Assembly (NCBI GenBank): GCA_014896485.1
Contig: JADBKH010000005.1
Location: 7,500 to 71,499 of the forward strand
Source of the DNA: Bacillota bacterium
GTDB lineage: Bacteria; Bacillota; Bacilli; Bu12
DNA length: 64,000 bases
Reading direction: 5' to 3'
Part shown: piece by piece, positions 41,383 to 48,430 of the stretch
How the letters are laid out: every line of letters begins with the position of its first letter
How positions within the stretch are numbered: position 1 is the stretch's first letter
The notes under the pieces: generated by a model
Databases searched by the model: none
What the model was told of the DNA's origin: nothing
Seen by the model: the letters and a program-made list of their open reading frames with translations, nothing else
Made by a program: the position numbers and the translations under genes

Positions 41383-43840
41383 GGTGCTGCCCCCTTCGCG
41401 TCTCCTGCCGCTGCTGAGATAGGCCGAAATCGGATACAGAGCGGCTGATCGGCAATGTCACATGAATGCGTGTTCCTTCCCCCGGAACCGAGTGCAGCGT
41501 CAACGTACCACCCATCCAGCGACAGCGATCCTTCATGTTCACCAACCCCGTATGTCCACTGACGATCAACTCATGATCAGAGAGTGGCTGAAAACCGACC
41601 CCATTGTCCCACGCATCGAGCAGTACATGATCTTCTTCTACCTGCAAGTGCATTTCGACATCGGTCGCAGCGGCATGACGCGCTACGTTAGAGAGGATCT
41701 CTTGAGCCAACCGATAGAGGGTCAATTCGATCTCCGGATGGATGCGCTCCCCTCGACGAGGGCCAGATGAAGTAAAGTGGACCGTAAAGTCTTCCCGACG
41801 CATCGTCTCTTCGGCCAACCATTGCAACGCAGCTTCAACGCCCAAATGCTCCAAGACCGTCGGGTAGAGTTGGGCTGCCGTCTCACGCAACTCAAATGCC
41901 GTATCCTTTGAAAGCTCGATGGCCTTGTCGAGCTGGCCGCGCAGCCGAGGATCGGCCAGTTGACCGCACACTTCTTCCATCAAACGCACGGCTGCCAAGT
42001 GGTTTTGCAGGAGTTCATCGTGCAGATCGGCAGCCAGCCGGCGGCGCTCCTGCTCCTGCAGCGAAACACGCAGTTTGTTCATCGCTGCCAGCTGTTCGGA
42101 ATCGCGACGGTTGCGCCACGATTCCCCGAGCAGATCGTCGACCCGCTGCTCAAGCTGGGCGATCAGACGCGCGTTTTCAAAAGCTGTAACGGCTTGGTTG
42201 GCGATCGTCTGCAGCCATGCCAAGTCTTGTCCGGACAAGCGCGTACGCGTTGTGCGCCGATCCAGGAAAAGCGCCCCGATGGTCACCCCATCCCGACAGA
42301 AAGGAACCAAAACCGAACCGGGCGCACCGGGAGGCAGGTACTCGGGTTCTGTCAGGGAACGCCACCACCAAGCAGCCGCTTCGACTTGCTGACGTAGCTT
42401 TTCGTTTTGGGCATAACTTCCTGCTGCTGCTGCCACATAGGGAAGGCTTTCGCGCTGATCCAGCACCAGGCAACTACCTTCCAGATGCATCACCTGCATC
42501 ACTTCTTCGCTGACCAGTCGTGTCAGTTCCCCAATGGTGTGCGGCTTTGCGATCGCTGCGCTCAATGCCTGCAGAGCCTGCCGGTAATCATACCAATCGC
42601 GAAAGACCGCTTTTTCAAGCCAACCTTGCAGTCGCTCCCGCAACGCCATAAAGGCGAGGAGCAACGCCAGGTTGATCAAGATGGCCGCTGTCACCACATT
42701 GGCTGTCAGTACCGTACCACTGCGAAAGATCAAAAAGAGGGCGACTGCATAGGCCCCCAGCAGCAACAAGCCGAAAAAACCGTAGACGAGGCTGCGGCGA
42801 AAGAGTGGACGGATGTCGATCACTTCATCGCGGGCAAAGACGTAGCCGATGGAAAGCGGAATAAAGAGAATGAAAAGGGTCCACAGCGGGTTTAACAAGA
42901 TCTCCGAAGGTGGACCAGCCAGTGGTTGGATATTGAGCAATAGTGTCTGCAGGCCGACCGTCAGCACAATCGGGGTAATTCCGACCAAAGCCCCAAAGAG
43001 CATCACCCGCAGCTGCGCCCGGACCAGTGGAGTAGTCGTACGCCAATGGGGCACGATCGCCTCCAGGCTCCAGCAGCCAACCCAAGCCAGGCTGATCAGC
43101 AAAGCACCCATGTTCAGCAGATGCAATTGGGTGAACCCCGCCTGATCGAGCAGTGCAACGATCGCCAAAAGCAGCGGCCAGGCAAGGATACCCCCCTGCT
43201 CCCATCGTTTTGCCGCATAGCCGAGCAAGTTATGGAAGAAAAAGGGTAGCGCTGCCGTAGCCGCAGCCAAAGCAATGCGTTCCAGCACAAAGAACCCGTA
43301 AATTCCAATGCTTGAGGGATGTGCGACAGCCAAGGCCAATCCTGCAGAGACACAAAAGAGATAGAGCCGATGGGCTGGGGGCCACCATTTGCGCTGTGCC
43401 AACACAAACCATCCGGCGGCAAAGAGGCTAATGCCCAAGGCGTACTCCAGCCAGAAAACCAAGCTTGGGCGATTGCTAAATGCGCCTATTGGATAGGTGA
43501 TATGAACGATACCATGCGAGGTCTGCACTGTGAATTGTTCGACTCTAGGAATCGTGGTATCCCCAGGGCGAATCACGGCTTCGGCCGGTTTGCCGTTGAC
43601 CTCCAAAAGCCGATCGCCGATCTGTATACCGGCTTGTGCTAGCTTGGAATCATGGGTGATCCCTGTAAAGATCACCTGTCCTGCCGGGTCACGTCCTACA
43701 AAAGCTTGCGAATCAGGGTAATTACTATCCAGCACAGGTATTAAGAGAAAGAAAGCCAAGAGGATCGGGGTAAAGACCTGGTGCCACCAAGGTCCTCCAC
43801 GCTCCTGTTCTTCCTGCGCTTCAGCGGTGACAGCACTCAT
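41354..43840 (-). CDS. comP: Membrane sensor histidine kinase, ComP-like (PDZ, multi-TM, GAF, HisKA_3, HATPase)
   Basis: PDZ-like AGIQIGDRLLEVNGK after TM1; about 8-9 further TMs; GAF-like segment; ERRRLAADLHDELLQ H-box; QEILSNVARHA, DNGVGF. ATGA overlap with the upstream prenyltransferase and a GAGGAG SD. Confidence 0.85.
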   Translation of the reverse strand: MSAVTAEAQEEQERGGPWWHQVFTPILLAFFLLIPVLDSNYPDSQAFVGRDPAGQVIFTGITHDSKLAQAGIQIGDRLLEVNGKPAEAVIRPGDTTIPRVEQFTVQTSHGIVHITYPIGAFSNRPSLVFWLEYALGISLFAAGWFVLAQRKWWPPAHRLYLFCVSAGLALAVAHPSSIGIYGFFVLERIALAAATAALPFFFHNLLGYAAKRWEQGGILAWPLLLAIVALLDQAGFTQLHLLNMGALLISLAWVGCWSLEAIVPHWRTTTPLVRAQLRVMLFGALVGITPIVLTVGLQTLLLNIQPLAGPPSEILLNPLWTLFILFIPLSIGYVFARDEVIDIRPLFRRSLVYGFFGLLLLGAYAVALFLIFRSGTVLTANVVTAAILINLALLLAFMALRERLQGWLEKAVFRDWYDYRQALQALSAAIAKPHTIGELTRLVSEEVMQVMHLEGSCLVLDQRESLPYVAAAAGSYAQNEKLRQQVEAAAWWWRSLTEPEYLPPGAPGSVLVPFCRDGVTIGALFLDRRTTRTRLSGQDLAWLQTIANQAVTAFENARLIAQLEQRVDDLLGESWRNRRDSEQLAAMNKLRVSLQEQERRRLAADLHDELLQNHLAAVRLMEEVCGQLADPRLRGQLDKAIELSKDTAFELRETAAQLYPTVLEHLGVEAALQWLAEETMRREDFTVHFTSSGPRRGERIHPEIELTLYRLAQEILSNVARHAAATDVEMHLQVEEDHVLLDAWDNGVGFQPLSDHELIVSGHTGLVNMKDRCRWMGGTLTLHSVPGEGTRIHVTLPISRSVSDFGLSQQRQETRRGQHHGVVTPFRR

Positions 43841-44766
43841 GAGCTCGGCTCCTCGTCGTACTGTAGCCATTGGCGCGCGATAGCCTCATCGGGAGCACAG
43901 CGTTGCGCTTCGGCTGCGATTGCAGCGCTGCACGCCCAGGTGTAGGCGAGACCACCGCTGGCGCGGATCGCTTCGCTTACCTCAGAAAGCGGCACCTCTC
44001 GGTGCTGCAGATAATAGGCTTGCAACGAATCTAACGCATCGCCCTTGGCTTGGTCCAGCGCATAGCGGACCGGCAGGGTGATCAGACGCTTTGCTAGATC
44101 GGCGAAACGTTGCGGATCCAGCACGGCCCGGGCATCGTTTTCCAACTGGTAGGCGACCCCGACCCGTCTTCCGAAGCAGGCCCAGGCCTGTTGGCGCTGG
44201 TCGTTGGCCCCAGCGGCCGCTGCCGCAAAGCGACAGATACCGCCAAACAGGGCGCCGGAACGGGCATCCAGAACCTGCAGAATGCGTTTCTCAGAGATGT
44301 CCGGCCGAAAGAGCTCCTGCTCCAACTGTGCTCCACTCGCAGCTTCAAGCACGGTTTGCTGCAAAATCGATACAACCGAATGGCCAGTCTTTTCGTCTAC
44401 CTTTTGTGCAGCACACAACGCCAACCCGGTGAGCTGCATCGAGACAAGGGCCAATTCCCCGGTCGACCACGTCGCCCAAGGAAGCGTGTCTGCATCCCCA
44501 TCGAGCGTATCATCGAGCAGATCGGCTGCCAAAAAAAGCCAACGACAGGCAAGCAACGCGTCGCAATCGGGGGCTACCTTTCCTTCGGCACGAAAGATAT
44601 CGGCAGCATATACGGCTGCATCGCGCACTTCTCCTGAGCCACATGCGTCATTGGTTTGTTTGGACAAAAAAAGGCCGTCAAAGAGCGAAAAATAGCGCTC
44701 TTCTGCGGCGTGCAGCGCCTGCTGCAAGTTCGACGCAACGCTCGTACGCAAAGGGTTACCGTTCAC
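43837..44766 (-). CDS. comQ: ComQ-like isoprenyl (tryptophan prenyl) transferase
   Basis: IPPS fold with first Asp-rich motif ADLLDDTLDGD and degenerate second motif QLENDARA (ComQ-type NDxxx); DLAKRLITLP. Lacks the RRG loop of chain-elongating synthases. Confidence 0.8.
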   Translation of the reverse strand: MNGNPLRTSVASNLQQALHAAEERYFSLFDGLFLSKQTNDACGSGEVRDAAVYAADIFRAEGKVAPDCDALLACRWLFLAADLLDDTLDGDADTLPWATWSTGELALVSMQLTGLALCAAQKVDEKTGHSVVSILQQTVLEAASGAQLEQELFRPDISEKRILQVLDARSGALFGGICRFAAAAAGANDQRQQAWACFGRRVGVAYQLENDARAVLDPQRFADLAKRLITLPVRYALDQAKGDALDSLQAYYLQHREVPLSEVSEAIRASGGLAYTWACSAAIAAEAQRCAPDEAIARQWLQYDEEPSS

Positions 44767-44791
44767 CGATAGGGTTCACCTTCGCATCAGC

Positions 44792-44974
44792 TCACCAGCA
44801 GCTTCCAACCGTGTAAAGGCTGCGCCCTTCACCTTTGCGACTCTGCTGGTCCGCTTCGATTCCGGAAAGAATTGCCCGCTGCTCACTCGGTGAAAGCTCC
44901 ACTCCCGCCATCGCAGCCTCTGGTGTCAACCCAGCGCGAAGTGCTTCCCAGACCTGTGCGAACTTTTCCCGCAT
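44792..44974 (-). CDS. comX: ComX-like pheromone precursor peptide (60 aa, C-terminal Trp)
   Basis: Ideal SD AAGGAGGTG 6 nt before the ATG. ComX-like core GVELSPSEQRAILSGI. Ends YTVGSCW-stop, 25 bp upstream of the prenyltransferase gene. Confidence 0.75.
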   Translation of the reverse strand: MREKFAQVWEALRAGLTPEAAMAGVELSPSEQRAILSGIEADQQSRKGEGRSLYTVGSCW

Positions 44975-45042
44975 ATCCTACACCTCCTTCGGCGCGATGT
45001 CACCACTTCTGCTAAGATTCGGCAAATTTCGCGCCCCTTCGC

Positions 45043-45097
45043 ATCATAAGCGTCGGCTTGTCGATAGACAAGCCATTGGTCCTACGTGATCTCCGTA
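45043..45097 (-). promoter_or_regulatory. Sigma-A promoter of the comX-Q-P-A-like operon with candidate operator dyads
   Basis: TTGTCT (45066-45071)-17-TATGAT (45043-45048). Perfect dyad GGCTTGTC-N4-GACAAGCC at 45055-45074; TACG-N7-CGTA at 45083-45097. Confidence 0.6.
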
Positions 45098-45100
45098 CAT

Positions 45101-45148
45101 TTATCCACAATTTCCTGTGGGTAAACCGTTTCCCACCCATGTGGAGAG
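45101..45148. promoter_or_regulatory. DnaA-box pair/cluster
   Basis: Perfect TTATCCACA at 45101-45109; inverted TTACCCACA at 45116-45124 (1 mismatch); inverted CTCTCCACA at 45140-45148 (2 mismatches). Confidence 0.55.
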
Positions 45149-45153
45149 AGAAT

Positions 45154-45924
45154 TCAGGAGGAGGCTTGGGGCTGCATGGCCAATGCATTCCGACGCTCCA
45201 CACGCCGGTAGGTCCAGCGTGAAAGAGCGATGGCCCCTTCGTAAAGTGCGATAAAGGGAAGGGCAACCAGCGTCTGGGACAAGACGTCTGGTGGCGTAAG
45301 CAATCCGGCTACGACAAAAGCGGCCAGGATCGCTATCTTTCGACCTTTCTTGAGCAACGCAGGGGTAATCAGGTGAATCTCTGTCAAAAAAGAGGCAACG
45401 GCTGGCAACTCGAAGATCAAAGCCGTTGGAAAGACCAGATTGATCATAAACGTGATGGTCTGCGAAGCTGAAAGCATCACTTCGACACCAGCGCGGTGGG
45501 AAAATGTGATCATGAAGTGCAGAATACTGGGATAGAGAACAAAAAATCCGAAACTTGCTCCTGCACCAAAGAGCAGAACAGCTGAGGGCAGATAGAAATA
45601 GACCATGCGCCGTTCAGCAGGTAAAAGTCCTGGTTTGGCGAAAGCCCATGCCTGCCACAAGGCGACTGGAATGGTGATCAGAGCACCAACCAGAGCGGAG
45701 AGGCGCAGATAAACGCCGAAAATCTCCCCAGGAGAAAGTTGCACCAGGGGCGGAAGTCCCCGCGTCAGATAGCGAAAGATAGGCGTTGCAAACATAAAAG
45801 CTGCAAGGGTTGCCAAGACAAAGCAGACGGCCACTACGATCAGCCTACGGCGTAGCTCTTTGAAATGATCCGTAAAGTTCCCATTCCGTTGCGTGTCGCG
45901 GCGGCGTCGGTGCCAACGTCTCAT
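45154..45924 (-). CDS. tatC: Twin-arginine translocase subunit TatC
   Basis: HFKELRRRL, WAFAKPGL, FELP, LTPPD, LYE motifs. ATG at 45924. Confidence 0.93.
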   Translation of the reverse strand: MRRWHRRRRDTQRNGNFTDHFKELRRRLIVVAVCFVLATLAAFMFATPIFRYLTRGLPPLVQLSPGEIFGVYLRLSALVGALITIPVALWQAWAFAKPGLLPAERRMVYFYLPSAVLLFGAGASFGFFVLYPSILHFMITFSHRAGVEVMLSASQTITFMINLVFPTALIFELPAVASFLTEIHLITPALLKKGRKIAILAAFVVAGLLTPPDVLSQTLVALPFIALYEGAIALSRWTYRRVERRNALAMQPQASS

Positions 45925-45949
45925 CTTTTTCCGCCCCCATGAAGCATGC

Positions 45950-46456
45950 TTACTCTTCTTTGATATGGTTCTCGCCCGTGTGCTGCGTGTGACCGTGGGC
46001 AATCTCAATCGCGTGGCGCAGGACCTCTCCGGCCAATTCAAAAGCCTGACGCACCGCTCGCGGATTGCCGGGTAGATTCCAGATCAACGTCTCCTTGGAC
46101 ATGCCAGCCAAGCCCCGCGTCAGCAGCGCAGTCGGGGTCTCCCGAAAGGCAAGCAGCCGCACTGCTTCGGCCAACCCTGGAAGGTGGCGTTCCAACAAGG
46201 GTGCCGTCGCTTCCGGCGTGTGATCCCGAGGGCCTATACCGGTCCCTCCAGAAGTGATGATCAGATCGACACCCCGGTCGATCCCCGTCTGAAGCGCTGC
46301 ACGGATCTGTTCGACTTCATCCGGCACCACCGCTTTGCCAGAGACCTCAAAGCCCAGCTTTTGTAGCGCTTCCGTTGCCACTTCGCCACTTGCATCTTCT
46401 CGAACACCAGTTGCGACCGAATCGCTGATGGTCAACAGAAAGGCCGTCCAACTCAT
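45950..46456 (-). CDS. mog: Molybdopterin adenylyltransferase (MogA/MoaB family)
   Basis: LTISD, REDASG, VPDE, TSGGTGIGPRDHTPEA, NLPGNP motifs. Confidence 0.9.
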   Translation of the reverse strand: MSWTAFLLTISDSVATGVREDASGEVATEALQKLGFEVSGKAVVPDEVEQIRAALQTGIDRGVDLIITSGGTGIGPRDHTPEATAPLLERHLPGLAEAVRLLAFRETPTALLTRGLAGMSKETLIWNLPGNPRAVRQAFELAGEVLRHAIEIAHGHTQHTGENHIKEE

Positions 46457-46944
46457 CCACGCATCTCCTCTGGAAAGAAGAAATCGCCGCTTTTCCCGCC
46501 ATGCTTTTCAACCAGATGCACCCTGTCGAGCACCATCGTCTTGTCGATCCCTTTGCACATGTCGTAGATGGCCAGGGCTGCCGCTGTCACTGCGCACAGC
46601 GCTTCCATCTCCACTCCCGTAGCATAGTCCGCTGTCGCTTCCGCACGTATCTGGAGGGCTGCATGCGGCTCATCAAACTCAAAATGCAATCCGACATGCG
46701 TCAGCGGAATGGGATGGGCCAATGGAATCCATTGCGGCGTCTGTTTTGCCGCCATCACGCCTGCTACCTCAGCCACTGCCAACGGATCTCCCTTCGGCAC
46801 GCGGTGTGCACGGATAGCTGCCAACGTCTCTGCCTGCATTCGCAAACAACCTTCGGCAATGGCAGAGCGGTGGGTCATTCGTTTACCCGAGATGTCGACC
46901 ATGTGCAACTCTAGCGGTTCCGTCTCATTTTCTTCCTCGTGCAT
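46453..46944 (-). CDS. moaC: Cyclic pyranopterin monophosphate synthase
   Basis: MVDISGK, KGD, IPLAHP, TGVEMEAL, IYDMCK, KHGGKSG motifs. AAGGAGA SD. Confidence 0.95.
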   Translation of the reverse strand: MHEEENETEPLELHMVDISGKRMTHRSAIAEGCLRMQAETLAAIRAHRVPKGDPLAVAEVAGVMAAKQTPQWIPLAHPIPLTHVGLHFEFDEPHAALQIRAEATADYATGVEMEALCAVTAAALAIYDMCKGIDKTMVLDRVHLVEKHGGKSGDFFFPEEMRG

Positions 46945-46958
46945 CCACGCTCTCCTTC

Positions 46959-47558
46959 TTACAAATGCTTCGTACAATCGACAATCTCTTTGTCGGTTAC
47001 CACTGCAGAAAGGGGTACGTCCCAAGGATCATGAGGCAGCGCATCGGTCAACTGAAAAGCAAAACAAAGCCCGATCTTGAAACCGGAAACGCCAGCCAAC
47101 AAGCGATCGAAGTAGCCCTTTCCATAACCCATCCGAAATCCCTGCCGATCAAACGCCAATCCTGGAACAATGAAACAATCTACCTGTGTAGCAGGTACGG
47201 TTTTCCCGGTCGCAACAGCTGGCTCCCGAATGCCAAATCGTCCACGTCGTAACGTTTTCCAACGATCGAAAGCAATCAGCTGAAGCTGTTCCCCTTCTAC
47301 CCTCGGTACGACCACCTGCTTCCCGACACGCCAAGCCCATTCTACAATGGGGTCCGTCATAGGCTCGGTTCCATGGGACAGGTAGGTGCATAGCAGACGA
47401 GCCTGAGTCAGCGCCTTTACACCCATCAACCGACGAAGCACTTGTTCAGAACGTAGAACCAACGTTCCCGCAGAAAGTTGGTCCCTGCGGAAACGCATCA
47501 GGTGCCGCCACTCCTCCTTCTCCCATCGCCTCGCAAGAGCCTGCCGATCATCGATCAC
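46959..47558 (-). CDS. 5-formyltetrahydrofolate cyclo-ligase
   Basis: FGIREP, VPGLAFD, RMGYGKGYFDR, PHDPWDV motifs. Probable GTG start at 47558. Confidence 0.92.
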   Translation of the reverse strand: MIDDRQALARRWEKEEWRHLMRFRRDQLSAGTLVLRSEQVLRRLMGVKALTQARLLCTYLSHGTEPMTDPIVEWAWRVGKQVVVPRVEGEQLQLIAFDRWKTLRRGRFGIREPAVATGKTVPATQVDCFIVPGLAFDRQGFRMGYGKGYFDRLLAGVSGFKIGLCFAFQLTDALPHDPWDVPLSAVVTDKEIVDCTKHL

Positions 47559-48429
47559 GCACTGCACCGCCCCGCTCGCCTGACTCGGCCAGACGTAATC
47601 GGACAAAGAGCCAGGGAGCCCCTCCAGCACCCCAGGCTCCCAAGAGAAGGCCTTCTAAAAAAGGAACAAAGGGGGAATCTGGAAGCAGCGGATAAAGGCC
47701 CACATACAGAATCACTATCCCAGCCACGCCGAGCAGCACACGGCCTACATACTGCCAGGGTTTGCCACTCGCCACAAAGTGCGTTGTCCGACGTTCTGCC
47801 CAATACGCTTCTCCAAGGGCGAGCAGTATTCCCATGTAAAAAAGGCTGTCGTGTGAACGATGGGCAACTGCCGCCCCAATCGTGATCACTGCCCATATCC
47901 CATGCTTTTTCCAGCCCCACTGTCTAACGATGGGCCAGTATCGCAACGCCAACGCACCCAACACTACAAAACATCCGCCTATCAGGATACCGCCAATCAC
48001 GTCCCAGGGCCAGTGTACGCCGAGATAGAGTCTTGAAAAGCTGACCAGTAACGTCAGCACGATGCCCACCACCAAAACCCAGCGGCGCCGTGTCAGATAC
48101 CACAGAAACCCCCAAAAAGTGATATTTCCTTGGGCGTGTCCACTCGGAAACGCATAGCCAGTAGCTTTTCCAATGGACAAGATGCCGGGAAAGTCAAGGG
48201 GCCTCGGTTCCTGAACGGTCTCCTTAATCCAAATGTTGGACTCTATGGAAAACAAGAACACGGTGACCAGGCGCAGGGTCAACGCAGGACTGACACACCA
48301 AAAGAGGATCAACAACACGGCCGTATAAAAAGTCGGGTCACCGAGCTGGGTCACCATGCGGAAAAAGCTGTCCAACGCCGGTGTATGGATCGACTGAATG
48401 GCATACAGCCATGCAAGTTGCCCCTGCAC
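47548..48429 (-). CDS. PAP2-family membrane phosphatase
   Basis: KxxxxxPRP, FPSGH and SRLYLGVHWPWD motifs; multiple TMs. Confidence 0.92.
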   Translation of the reverse strand: MQGQLAWLYAIQSIHTPALDSFFRMVTQLGDPTFYTAVLLILFWCVSPALTLRLVTVFLFSIESNIWIKETVQEPRPLDFPGILSIGKATGYAFPSGHAQGNITFWGFLWYLTRRRWVLVVGIVLTLLVSFSRLYLGVHWPWDVIGGILIGGCFVVLGALALRYWPIVRQWGWKKHGIWAVITIGAAVAHRSHDSLFYMGILLALGEAYWAERRTTHFVASGKPWQYVGRVLLGVAGIVILYVGLYPLLPDSPFVPFLEGLLLGAWGAGGAPWLFVRLRLAESGERGGAVRDR

Positions 48430-48430
48430 C

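Noticed and set aside
43837..44766. Reading this gene as an ordinary FPP/GGPP synthase or terpene-pathway gene
   Set aside because: It lacks the RRG loop and an intact second DDxxD, has no isoprenoid-pathway neighbours, and is coupled to a Trp-peptide and a kinase.
45100..45125. Inverted repeat after tatC as an intrinsic terminator
   Set aside because: No U-tract on the minus strand and the arms are DnaA-box sequences; kept as DnaA boxes instead.
45012..45266. 84-aa ORF upstream of the comX-like gene as a DegQ-like or second peptide
   Set aside because: It overlaps the tatC 3' end out of frame, has no clear SD, and runs across the promoter elements.
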